DNA from: Nemertoderma westbladi
Lineage: Eukaryota; Animalia; Xenacoelomorpha
NCBI GenBank assembly: GCA_032718475.1
Contig: JAUCBJ010008255.1
Location: 1-43,269 of the forward strand
Length of the DNA: 43,269 nucleotides
Direction of reading: 5' to 3'
Of the stretch, positions 11,244 to 22,953 are shown piece after piece; position 1 is the stretch's first letter, and every line of letters begins with the position of its first letter. A program made the translations under genes and the position numbers. The notes under the pieces were generated by a model. It did no database searches, was not told where the DNA came from, and saw only the letters and a program-made list of their open reading frames with translations.

Positions 11244-12037
11244 AAGAAAAGGAGTTGGCGGAGGCGCCCACAGGGACACGGCAAATGGGACGAGGCCGAG
11301 GGAGGAGCACCAGTCGGGAGATAGTCGGTGCCTAGGGAACGTCGTCGCCGGTTCCGGGAAGTGACGCCTCAAAGACGCCGTCAACAGAGTCTACAGGGGG
11401 TAGACTGGTGTATCTGGAGAGGGGAGCGAGCCCGAGAGACCCAGGAGCTAGCCGATGAGACTATAATATCACGGAGCGACAGACTCTAGACATATACATC
11501 ATCGTCGCTCTGATGTATATCATAGGTTTTGATCAATCATTCGACTGGACTCATATACACTAGTCGTATCCATATTTTAGAATTTTATTTTCGAAAGCCG
11601 AAAAATATTGAAAGGAAATACTTTACTTTATAGTCCGTTGGAAATATGATTTTGAGCCTATATTATATTTGATTTTGTGTATATGACTTTATTTGCTCTA
11701 AAGTTTATTGAAAGAGGCAAAGGAAGTGATTGGGGAGACAAACCCGCGGGTTTGGCTTACTCCTTTCACTTACCTGAGCAATCATCAAACCAAGATGATT
11801 TGCGTTTTTATAAGAAATTAAGTAAAGTCCGAAAATGAAAGAAATTATTACGTATTTTATATTTAATTTGATTATCGGCCTTTAATGCAATTTAGTTAAA
11901 AATTTAGCCTCAAATACGTTTATATTTAGTTTATCTTGTTAATGTTGATCGTTAATTGAGATGGGAAATGGGGGACATTGTCCTAGCCATGTTCCATTTC
12001 AATATGTAGACCGTTAATTTGTAAATAAATAAAGGAA

Positions 12038-12186
12038 GTAATATTTTTGTAAATTTAATTTGTATGTAGTAATCATTATGTAGAATGAACGAGAAACAAT
12101 ATTTTGTAAATTTAATTTGTATGTAATAATCGTTAAACAGTGAGAGAGATAATATTTTGTAAATTTAATTTGTATGCAATTCATTA
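12038..12186 (+). repeat. Three imperfect tandem units of about 55 bp before the polypurine tract
   Basis: AATATTTTGTAAATTTAATTTGTATG recurs at about 12040, 12098 and 12151. Confidence 0.8.
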
Positions 12187-12808
12187 TGCAATATCTATAG
12201 CAATATTTGTAAATAGTAGGACTTATAGTATCAAGTATTTAGATTGGTTGGAAGAAATTTATTTTGTTTTGTATACATCACCTTATACTCTTCTACAATT
12301 GGAGGGAAACATTGTATGATTTCCCTTGGAGCGGTGTTACGGTATATGGCGCTGTATCCATATTATTAGTCATCATGCAGTATGCAATATTAGTCCGTTG
12401 TGCAGTATGCAATATTAGTCTGTTATACTGTACGTAATATTAGTCCATTGTGCAGCGTGATATTTTAGATAAGGCATAATAACGCAGTGGTATTTAGATA
12501 GGGAAATCAAAACGCCCATATATTTGAGTCCATCCATTTTGTATAGTATGTAGCCCTACCTACGTAATTTTGTATTAGGATATATGTAGATAGTTCCAGG
12601 GTAGCGAGTTTATTCGGACCCTGGATTTTGTGCTTGCTGATATTAGTTTGATAGGGCTAGCATATAGGGACGCCGTCCTGGCCATTCAGCAGCCAGGGAC
12701 GTGATCCATTACCATATATGGTAATAATTTGAGGGCATAGGGCTACAATCCGGCCTCCTTATTGGATTAACTGCTTCCAGGTTGGTCTAATGCTAGCGCG
12801 GACTGGAG

Positions 12809-12913
12809 AGCCAATAGGAGAGCGATTGCGTCACCCTATTGCATCACCCCATCCGGATCACCTATAAATTGGCGGTGTGCCGGTAGAACCTCACATGATC
12901 ACCTCACATGATC
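12809..12913 (+). promoter_or_regulatory. Candidate LTR Pol II promoter (CCAAT and TATA)
   Basis: AGCCAAT at 12809, TATAAAT at 12863, tandem ACCTCACATGATC x2 about 25 nt downstream. Confidence 0.5.
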
Positions 12914-13457
12914 TGCTATCACCTTGTACTTGCTGAGCTGTCTCTATTCAATTTTTAGCGTATTTTCTGCAATTTACTAAATTTGATTAATTTCTTGAAA
13001 TGCTTTGCTAGTGCGATTATCTTTGATTGTGTTTCTCAATTAATTCCTTCGATTACTGCTAATTACAACTGAACTATGATTTCTACCTTTTGATTAATGG
13101 TTCTATGTGATTCCTTTCTGCGCAATAATCCTAAGGGATTTCTGAGACTGTCAGACTTTGTGATTTGCATGCGCCGCTACGGTAGCTATTAGCATAATGG
13201 AGGGCTAAGGCGCCAGTGGGCGGTGGGCACATCGGGGGGTTGAGCGACTAAGGGAGAGCGGAGGATTCAAAAGTGGGCAACGCTGGCGGGGGTCAACGTT
13301 GCGGTCGGGCAGTTTGGACTGTGGGTTGGAGACCGCTCGCCGGTACAGTAATTAGGGGGCTGATGATCCAAGGCTTTGTCTCTATTTAGTATTAGGGGGC
13401 AGGAATTGGGTTAGTTAGGAAGCCTAGATGTACCCGGGAGGGGCCTGCATACCTTAC

Positions 13458-13488
<31 letters not shown>
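13458..13488 (+). repeat. (AGTA)n microsatellite inside the LTR
   Basis: AGTAAGTAAGTA..., about 8 units. Confidence 0.9.
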
Positions 13489-16400
13489 TGCGAGTAAGTA
13501 GATTGCGAATTAGTCAATTGCGAATTATTATGTTGCGAATTATATAATTGCAGATTGTATAATTGCAAGTCGTGCTATTGTGATCTGTGATTGCTGACGC
13601 TGATTGGTGTGTTACTAAAGTGTGCCTATGATTACGAATGCTTAGATAGGCGCTCTTTTCCCTTTGATTGATTCTATCTCTTAGTTTACCGTAAATAATT
13701 ACTGATTAGGTCAAAGTAATACAGTATTTTAGGCTGTTACATATTTGTGACTGTAATTAATTAGTAAAATTAAGAATTAGTACGCAGCATAGCGGAGAGT
13801 AGCTAAGGTAATAATTTAGAGTACCGTAAACTATTCACGCTAAGCGGTTATTTGCATTAGCGGGCAATAAGCTAGATCGCAGTAGTCAGTACGCAAGACA
13901 CTAGTAAGTTGCTGGCCTAAAGCCAGCTGCAGGCAAGTTTAGACCCAGAGCGGTATCACCTACGAAAGACATTGTACTGTACCAATTTTGATTATTTTAA
14001 ATATTCTCGCATTCACACATTCCGTTAGGGAACCCCCAGTATTCGCGATTAGAAAAGACGTAAGCATTAGCGTATTTCAGTAGTAAAATTAGGCGTAAGA
14101 ATACTCTGAGTGCAAAGCCCCTCGCACTCGTCTTAAGTAAGCTTAGGGAGCCGACTCGGGTTTATTGTTTTGGTTATTCCCGCGTGGCTCATAGATTCGA
14201 ACAGTTAGCTCTCTATCGAGCGATCGGTAGAGAAAGGAACAAGCGATTTTGCAGGAGTTGTGTAAATTTAGTAAAATATATTAGCGGACGGCAGATTAGC
14301 GCCATCCAACGGTAAGTAGCGGTTTTGTATTTAGCAACCCTTACAATTTAGTAATAGCACGCTCCTGATCCCCTTTACTTAACAGTAGAGCAGTCTTTGT
14401 GTCTTATTGGTTAGGCGAGAGCTCATTAGGTTGGCAGAGAGGTATACGGGTATTTGTCTGTTCAACAGTTCTGCTGTTAGTATAGGTGTCGCGGTTGTTT
14501 AACAGTAACAATAGAAAAAAGACTTCGCTTGTGATCATGAATGTTGACCCTTTAACATATTGTTATGCACCTGAAACACATATGACATGTTTCTGACGGA
14601 TATTCTACATATTACGAAATGATTCCCGTTGCTATGGTAATAAGAAAAGACAAGCTGCGTCGGTAAATAATTGTCTTGGGTTATGAACGTGTACGGTAAT
14701 TGCCCCTAAATTGATTTCTATTTAAACTGATAGTAACTATATGTAAAGTGATGAAACATTGCACAAGGTTATTTTTTGCTAGTTTCCATGGATACATGGC
14801 AACTTCTAATCGATTTTTATGGCGCCACCATTAAGGTTTATATTTACAATATATTTGGAATGTTTCATGATTTTAGCCCAAGGGGAACACGTATTTGTCA
14901 ATAGTTTTGAAAACTATTGATATTTGCAAAAATTCACCTAAATTTGGAGTAAAAACGACATTTGAAGACGTATATCGAACAGTTGTCATGGTAACTGGGT
15001 TCTAAAATGTACCTCAATGGATTCTCAGATGCCGGTTTTCGGGGGGTAGGACAAGGTTCGAATTATGTAGAGTCAATAGAAAGTGGTGTTTTGCAAATGA
15101 CCTCCTGTTGCCATGGTGAAACGGGACCCAAAAATGCACAATTGAGCTTGGCATCAGACGGATTCGGAATCAGCACACTTGATTTAGCTAAAAACCGTTG
15201 GATGCCAGCCAATACCCAAATTTGCCTTCGCCATCGCTTTCTAGGCGTATTTTCAGGATTTGGGACCAGACTATATTGGAAACAAAGTGAATTATAACTT
15301 TGATAAATAAAATTAATAACAATTCTAAATCTCTTGGAAACATAATTAATAAAAATTCCAGAACTTATTAAATATAACACGAAAATTACGCTAAACCGAC
15401 AAACTTTGACACACAAATTCAACTGTTTCTACATTGCATTTCTAACGATAATTCCCACCGTGCATACCCGGTACTCATATTCATATTGGAGAAATCGTGT
15501 TTTTACAGGCTCTATGGACCCAAAGAATACTTTTTTCCATTACTCTTGGTCGCAGGGAGGGGGGGGGGGGGGGGGGGGGGCTTGTAACAGCGTTGAAAGG
15601 CGGGACCGCAATCTACCTCGCGTCGCTTGCTGCTCAACGACAGTAAAAAAACGATTTACCAACCACACAATTACCAAAACTATTGAATAAAGTCGATCGC
15701 TGAGTCTTCCACATACAGTTCAGTCATCGAAACGAGAATTATATAAAAGCAGGTTACATCGCTCAAACTATAGATGAAATCAGGTTACACAGAATATTTC
15801 CAGTTTCCAGAATGTTATAATTATAAATTCAACACATCACTATATTTAAGCCTTGTTGAACTTCAAGTCAAATTATTCATTAGTACACATCTGCTCATCT
15901 TATCAGCAATTTCTCAATTCTCAATTCTTCTTGAGAAGCATTTTATACTAGCTAGAATATCTTTACTATTTAGCTAGTTTTATTAGAAAGTAATTTTTGT
16001 TTTTTTGAAACATTTGTAGATGAAATGGTATTCCTATGTTATGGTAATTCCAAATAGAACTATTTCACATTGTTGTTTTATATATTTTTTTTGGCGCAAT
16101 TTATTAAATTTACATTTCACTCCGACCAGACACACTGACCGTCTAACGCACAACCATGAGTGAGTAGAGTATACCATCAAATACCCCGATAAATCGGACC
16201 TGTTTGATCCAGAACAAATCCTTTAGTTCATCTGAAAGACGAGTGCATAGCTATTAAAAATTAATTAGATGATAAAATACTCTGCCCAATTTCAGAATTC
16301 GAAACCATACAAGAGACAATTTTTTAAGTTCAGCACGTAAATCAAAACATAAATAAACTCGACGACTGTTATTCAGCCATATCTTGCCGTCTTTCTAAAA

Positions 16401-16519
16401 TAAGAGCATCAAAAGAATTGAGTGATATTTTACAGGACTAGCAAGAAACCGTTATAAGTTATAATGTAATTGTTAAAACCATCAATCTTCTCAAGGGAAA
16501 TCTCGGTACTACTGACACC

Positions 16520-16820
16520 ATTCCCGCGGTGAGTGAGACCTCCAACTCTAACTGCTGCAATTCAGATAACTCTAGTATAAGACGTTTACGACAGCTTAAA
16601 TTGTCTGAATCCCAGGCTCAAAACCAAGTCCAGAAATATAAATTGAACTTGGAAGCAGAAAGTCCCAAAACAGCAAACAACCCTGGGAAATATTTTCATC
16701 CATATAAATTCTAATCTAAATCCCCTTGGAAATTTAATTGATCAGAATGCTCACGTTTTCCCATCCAAAACAATTCAGAATTCGACAGCTGCTAATATCA
16801 ACCTTTCCAGCAGTAGTATT
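16520..16820 (+). pseudogene. Degraded CR1-like ORF2 fragment (endonuclease-RT linker)
   Basis: KYKLNLEAE...NNPGKYF resembles the K...E..IA...K.NPK.F linker motif; frameshifted. Confidence 0.3.
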
Positions 16821-17180
16821 TATTACGTATTAATTTATTAAGTAGTATTTATTAGTAATTATGAAACACTTTATTGATTCTTACATCACTTGTGGCAGTT
16901 GGCTACGGTTTGAGTTGCCACAGTTCTTATTCAGATGGAAATATGGAAATATGGACAGATGAATGCGTACGTTGTGGTGTAAGTCTTCAGCAATAAATAT
17001 TAGACTTTCGGTACAAGTGTAGTAGTATGGAAGGGGACAGACATGATGGATTAGGTTTAATATGGGCCGATCCACTAACTACAACTAATAAAATCGGCAA
17101 TTGTCCGGTCACGCCCGCATGATCAAGGGAATTAATAGGGTTGGTGCGCGAAAAAATTGTTGGGCTAGAAACAATCTAAT

Positions 17181-18646
17181 AAGGGGTGACAAGGTTCCCT
17201 GAATCGAGTGGCGGCGTGTGTGATTTTTGTAAAAACATGAAGAATCGGTCGAAATGGCGGGTTTAAGTTTAAGTAAGCCTCGGAAGCTAAAATCGGCTGT
17301 GATTGGCTGTTACATATTTGACATCACGTCACTTAGCAGTGCTCAGATAATTTCTTATATTGTTTTCTATGGGTTGATTTTCGATCGATTTAAATACACA
17401 TTTAATCTACATCATTGTAAGGTTCAATAATTTTCGTGCACAATAAAGTCAATTGATTAAGATTAATTAAGAAAACAATATAAACAATGTGAAATAAATT
17501 CGAAATATAATTTTAGCTTTAGACAAATGTTTAATTTACAAATTGTATAATTAATATTATTACAAAATTGATTGCATAAGTTATATCTATGTAACTTTAA
17601 TATATACCAGTCACCACAAAAGTTTAAGCAAAGGCTGAGTGACTAAAGGTCATTCAACAATATTTAATGTTTAAAGTTTAGAGTTTAATGATTGTCAATT
17701 AATGAGTTTTTAATGATCGTTCATTAATAATTAGTTATAGCATTGATAACAGATATAATTGCATATGCAGATATGATAACTGATCTGACAGCGCAGTAAG
17801 CTGTATATCGTACAGCAGTACAGTAGTGTTTGAATATCCCGCTCTCATGTTGACCCAATAATTCGTGATGTTAGGTCACTACAAGTTCATCAATAATTTG
17901 ATATGGTTCGCTCTACAATCATTTCTCACCTGGCTTATTATATCAATTGAAATCGGAGAGTCAAGCGCGTCTTTTAACACTACAAACAATTATAAATAAT
18001 ACTGTTTGCAATTTTGCACACTTGGTAGATTGCCTGACCCCGTATGCAAGAACTAATCAACTCAGCCCTAGCCACCTATTGCATTGCAGTATCGGAGTAG
18101 GCCTATTGCTTTATTGTTGCTTAAGTTCATTACGTTGAGTTACCCTACCGCTGTACAACTCTTACGCTACCAGTGACTGGTACACATTTCAACTTAATGA
18201 ACTAAATGCTGCAATACAGCAATACTAAGATACTGCAATGCAATAGGTGGATAGGGCTGAGTGGTTCAGTACTATTTGCATACCGGTCAGGCAAACTGCG
18301 AGTTTATAATTGTGAATTGATTCTTTTTATCAATATTATTTTCATCATCATGAATTTAATTAATTGTAGTGCTAAAATACGCGCAAGACACTCTGTTTTC
18401 ACATGTGATGAAATGATTGAGATTAAATGTAAATTTGAATGGATCCAAAATCACCCTCCATAGAAAACAATATAAGAAATTGTCTCAGCACTGTGTAGTG
18501 ACGTCAAATATGTAGAAGCTAATCACAGCCGATTTTCAAAATCATTTTGACTTCCCGCGCTTTTAAACCGACCATTTCGAACGTTTCCTCGTGATTTTAT
18601 TAAAAACACACCCCGCCACTCGATTCAGGGAACCTCGTTACCCCTT
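17181..18646. mobile_element. Non-autonomous DNA transposon (MITE-like) with TIRs of about 200 bp
   Basis: AAGGGGTGACAAGGTTCCCTGAATCGAGTGGCGG ... CCGCCACTCGATTCAGGGAACCTCGTTACCCCTT; complementarity extends to ATTTCTTATATTGTTTTCTATGG / CCATAGAAAACAATATAAGAAAT; 2-bp TSD is AT or TA depending on the end chosen. Confidence 0.85.
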
Positions 18647-18949
18647 ATACCTCTCGCAAGTAGGCCCATTAATTAATTTATTACTGTAAAGATAGCTATA
18701 GATGGTCACTGCTGCTTGAACTCAAAGGTCGAACACATCTCTTCGAAATGATAAAAACACAAGCCAGGTACTACAGTAGCTGTTTGTTTGGCATTATGTT
18801 ATAAAGTGCACTGCTGTTGGCTTTAGGATGGCAATATTCATAGATCAGTATTAGTTACAGTATTACTCTCTCACTAACTGTATGTTTGTAATAGAAATTA
18901 CTGTAGCCAGCTGTTAGCGCCTCTGTCGAAATCCAATGTAAATATTTAT

Positions 18950-19535
18950 TAGGTAACTGAGTGTGGGGCGAGCCGCGAAATGAGCGAAGCCTTAGCATAT
19001 GGGTCCCATTAACGAGTTGTCTGTCGTCGTCATCGTTGTCGTCGTTGTCGTTGCTGTTGTCATCGCGGGGCAATAAATGACCACAAATCAATGCCATCAT
19101 GACCTTCAACCAACTCAAATACATTACCAGGGATGAACACGATGTCCTGAGATGCCAGGTTTATCAAAAGTGTGGATCTCTAAGTAGAATAACGCATTGT
19201 AACATAAACACTATATCAGCTAATCTTGGACCTGACTTATGCATAATACCTATTGCTTTACATGAATGTCAGAAGTTAATGACGTGAACGAGCTTCGGTA
19301 TCGTCTTTTCTGTTCAAAACATGGATATATCGAGTCAACCTTGCTGCCACCTTGTAAATACTGTTTTAAGAGAGACACCTATCCCGAGCCAACTACCAAT
19401 CGTATATAAGCTTAGTACCCATCATCAATTCATCAAACAAAACAAAGACCCAAGACTTTCCTGCCTGTTCTATACAAAACAAAGAGGTGAAGTCGCGCTA
19501 GGTCCTTAAGAGCGATGAGTCCCATTGCTATTTAA
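18950..19535 (+). mobile_element. Helentron/DINE-like non-autonomous element (ends uncertain)
   Basis: Starts GTGTGGGGCGAGCC...AGCCTTAGC then a (GTC/GTT)n microsatellite, the same layout as the element at 40482. Confidence 0.4.
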
Positions 19536-20104
19536 AGGAGCAGGTTAGTAAAGGAGCACTTACTGAGGCGTGTTGGGGGAACCAAAAAAATAAACAAAAG
19601 TTAACACATGTTAGATGATTATGCTGGTCTTTATAATTGGGTGTTGAGTCTTTGTTTTGTACTCACTCTGTATCTGCCGACAAAACAAACATCAGCATCA
19701 TTGCATTGAGTTGTGCAAATTCAAGTCATGTACGGAGTAGTCAAGTCAAGACGGAATTTCAATGAACTGAAGCTGTTGACGTGATTTTTGACTAACATAT
19801 TTACACTACTTGTTTTATTCTTATCCCAGGTGACACTTTAAAAATTACCAAAGAATTTCACGAATGTAATATTGCAGTTCTATAATCGCTTTCAGTCCAA
19901 AAACATTCCAAAAGTTCCAAAAAAACCGCTATATATCGCAAATAAATTAATTTTAGTGAATTATGAAAACTATTGAAAATCTTAGTACGAAAGTACTGGA
20001 GATGGGTGCCAGAAAGGGAGTGTGCTCCCTTTCTGGATCCTTCAATATTTCACAATATTGTGCGCAGTGTGGTCCTCATGTGTGGGGGCATAAGTATTTA
20101 TATG

Positions 20105-21070
20105 TTCAGCATACTTTCATTATATGGGATTCCTGATGAAATTATTGCAGCAATCAGATCAGTATACGATGGTTCGACAATATTTGTGTCTACTGTTGAC
20201 GTGACACAGAACCATTTGAAGTGTTATAGGGCGTCCTCCAGGGAGACACACTTGCACCATTCTTGTTCATAATTGTTGTTGACTATGTTCTACGCATGTC
20301 CTTAGATCATCATAATGACTTAGGAGTACTCTCAGAATCACTACAGGGAGCCCAACGGCTCCTCAGCTCATTAGAACAAGCGGCTTCTAGTGTTGGTCTT
20401 TTTATTAACTCCAGAAAGACCGAAATTTTGACAGTTAACTTTGAAAGTCCTCAGCAAGTCTCCGATCGGATGAGCATAAGTTCAAAAGATGGTATGCTTG
20501 AGCATGTGGATGACTTCTGTTACCTGACTTCTGATGACTTCTCCGAGAATTAATCGGAAACTTAAGATCCGATTATTTAGAGCAGCAGTAGTTCCAGTAC
20601 TCCTCTATGGGAGTCCATGCTGGGCTCTAACTGCTGAGGACACCAAATCTCTGGATGGCACATTCACAAGAATGCTACGCCGGGTTCATTGTGTCAAGTA
20701 CAATGCACACATCTCCAACCAGACACTATATAACATTGGAGGTTTCTCATTGGTTCCCCCAAGCTTGACACTGGAACAAAATCGTCTCCGCTTTGCAGGA
20801 CATTGCTTTTGCCGTGAGGACCAGCCAGTGCATAATCTTGTACTTTGGCAGCGTCATGGAGTTGAATAAGCATGGTGGACAGCCCATGACTTTCTTGAGA
20901 CGCATCTTAAAGGACAATGACCTTGAAGATGCGGATGATCTAGCAAGTGTCATGGGTGATAGGGAGTTGTGGCGGAGCAATTTTGTCGACAAGCCGGCAC
21001 AGCTTTCTTAAAAATGCAGCTGCAATTCAGCATGCCGATCCTAGTAGTAGTAGTAGTAGTAGTAGTAGTA
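20105..21070 (+). mobile_element. RTE-clade LINE, 3' half, degraded
   Basis: YGIPDEII..IR..Y, GVLQGDTLAPFLFIIVVDYVLR, GLFINSRKTE, KIRLFRA.VVPVLLYGS..W.LT, RLRFAGHC; the catalytic (Y/F)ADD segment is deleted; ends in (TAG)n at 21042-21070. Confidence 0.85.
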
Positions 21071-21752
21071 AATATGAAAGATATAGATTAATTAATAATA
21101 TTGTTTTATAATCAATAAACTTCCGATAAAAACCAACTGAAACAACAAAAAGGAACAACGTTTTAATATTTTAGTTCTTGTTAGAATGTTTTTATCTTGC
21201 AACCATTATAAATGACAATTAATTATCACCATAATTGTCACAAAAATTGGTTTCACTTAAAGATAAACATGGTCCCTCGAATGCACAGATCGAGTGGATG
21301 CGTATCTATTATTATCAGAGTTTGGAACTCGGGAAAGTTAGCGCTTATTCTGAGTCCCAAAGGCAGTTTCTTTTAAAGCCATCTTGATGGCTTTCTAGTT
21401 TATTTTTATTTTATTTCTTGTGTTTGAAATGTATTCTTCTGTTGGTTTATTACACAAGAATGTTATTATTTCAGACTATGACCGACCATAGACCACCATG
21501 GCGGAATCCCTCCAACCACAATGCCAATGTGTTTACCTAAAGACTCAGAAGATTACCTATCTGACACTGAATGCGACACAATAGAGACCTACATTTGTGC
21601 TGCAGCAATAAGCGCCTTTAATGTACCCCAAGACACTTCTTGTAGCGCAACTTGCTGTGATGAAGACCTTTGCAACTAAAAATGAATTCTTCAAATAGAC
21701 TAGGACTATTTACTTTATTTTTGAATGTTAGGTCCCATCGCTACTGTACAAG

Positions 21753-22690
21753 ATGAGATTTCTGGTGGGACGGCTAACTAACAAGGAACTGCGCGAACTT
21801 GACATTTCCTATAGGAAGGTGCTGCGTGGACTGATGCACGTAAGCTGTTACGTGCCAAATGCTGTTTTGCACAAGATTACTAACACAACTCCAATCTCCG
21901 CCGTGATCGCTTATGACAACATGTGCTGCTTGCAACAAGCCTGCAATGGTCCGAATGCCACAGAATGTAATTTTCTTGTCTGTCGATACCTTTCTCACGC
22001 AACAATTAAATCCCATGGTGGACTGAGCTCTTGTCAGCAAACTTGCAGCTCCCTGTATCCGCTTCCAAGCGTAAGGTCTCTCTGCACGGCCAGGTATGAC
22101 AGGAGACAACTTAGGACACGGGTCGAGTCAGGATCACTTACAATCCCAGAATTGGGTGGGGTGAATTTCATCCAAAACTGCTTTAGGTGCAATGTTCCCT
22201 TTAGTACCAAAAGAAGGCGGATCCAGCAATACTTTGACCGATAATTCGATCTGTCTGATCTTGATTTTACTTTGATTTCACTGATTCAAGGCTTATTATT
22301 CTTATTACTCTTATTATTTTATATCTATAATTTTGTTATATTCTATATTTGTCTTCCTCTCGAATAGTTGCCCCCGCTCTCACCGCTTCCTTCTGCCGAG
22401 ACTGGTGTTGCCCTCCTGGTCGGAAATGCGACCTCCATTATGGGGACCATGGACCTCTCACTCACTAACAACAAGGGACTCTACGGGGTGGTCTATGGTA
22501 AACCCTCCCCCTCCCCTCCCCCCCCCCCCTCCTCTCCCTCCCCAATGAAACATACTAACTTACACCCCCCCCTCTCCAATGAAACAGACTAACTTACACC
22601 CCCCCCCCCCCCCCTAGCTTTCGTATATTAATATGTTATTAATATTTACATGATTTCTTTATTATGACTAAATATAAATAAGTTGGACAC
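21753..22690 (+). mobile_element. Non-LTR retrotransposon 3' fragment (post-RT region plus UTR), clade unassigned
   Basis: LT.KEL.ELD..YRK.LR.LM......PNA.L is a typical post-RT LINE pattern; CxxC near the C-terminus; followed by UTR-like sequence with C-runs. Confidence 0.5.
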
Positions 22691-22725
22691 AATCCAATTA
22701 AATCGCATCAATTAAACCGAATAAT

Positions 22726-22953
22726 TACAAATAATTAATATAAAGGAATAGGGTTAGCTCACAATAATGATCCTTCAATAAATACAAATAATTAATATAA
22801 AGGAATAGGGTTAGCTCACAATAATGATCCTTCAATAAATACAAATAATTAATATAAAGGAATAGGGTTAGCTCACAATAATGATCCTTCAATAAATACA
22901 AATAATTAATATAAAGGAATAGGGTTAGCTCACAATAATGATCCTTCAATAAT
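22726..22953. repeat. 57-bp tandem repeat x4
   Basis: TACAAATAATTAATATAAAGGAATAGGGTTAGCTCACAATAATGATCCTTCAATAAA, near-perfect copies. Confidence 0.95.

Larger units (their letters stand above)
2772..14504 (+). mobile_element. Bel/Pao LTR retrotransposon, recent insertion
   Basis: Termini TGTTA...TAACA; 5-bp TSD GTAAC at 2767-2771 and 14505-14509; direct repeat 2772-3128 = 12335-12691; gag-PR-RT-RH-IN ORF inside. Confidence 0.95.
12335..14504 (+). repeat. Full-length 3' LTR (2170 bp)
   Basis: Starts TGTTAC after a short purine-rich GGAGCGG and ends TTAACA directly before the TSD. Confidence 0.85.
931..15273 (+). mobile_element. Internally deleted Academ-like DNA transposon (host of the Bel/Pao insertion)
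   Basis: Inverted arms at about 931-1049 and 2089-2247. The right arm continues through GTTGCTATGG-type motifs to 2771, resumes at 14510 and ends ...GGGACCAGACTA (15273); TAG...CTA termini are typical of Academ. Left end truncated by LINE tails. Confidence 0.55.

Noticed and set aside
10396-11460. env gene in the Bel/Pao 3' region
   Set aside because: No long ORF, signal peptide, Cys-rich ectodomain or transmembrane segment visible
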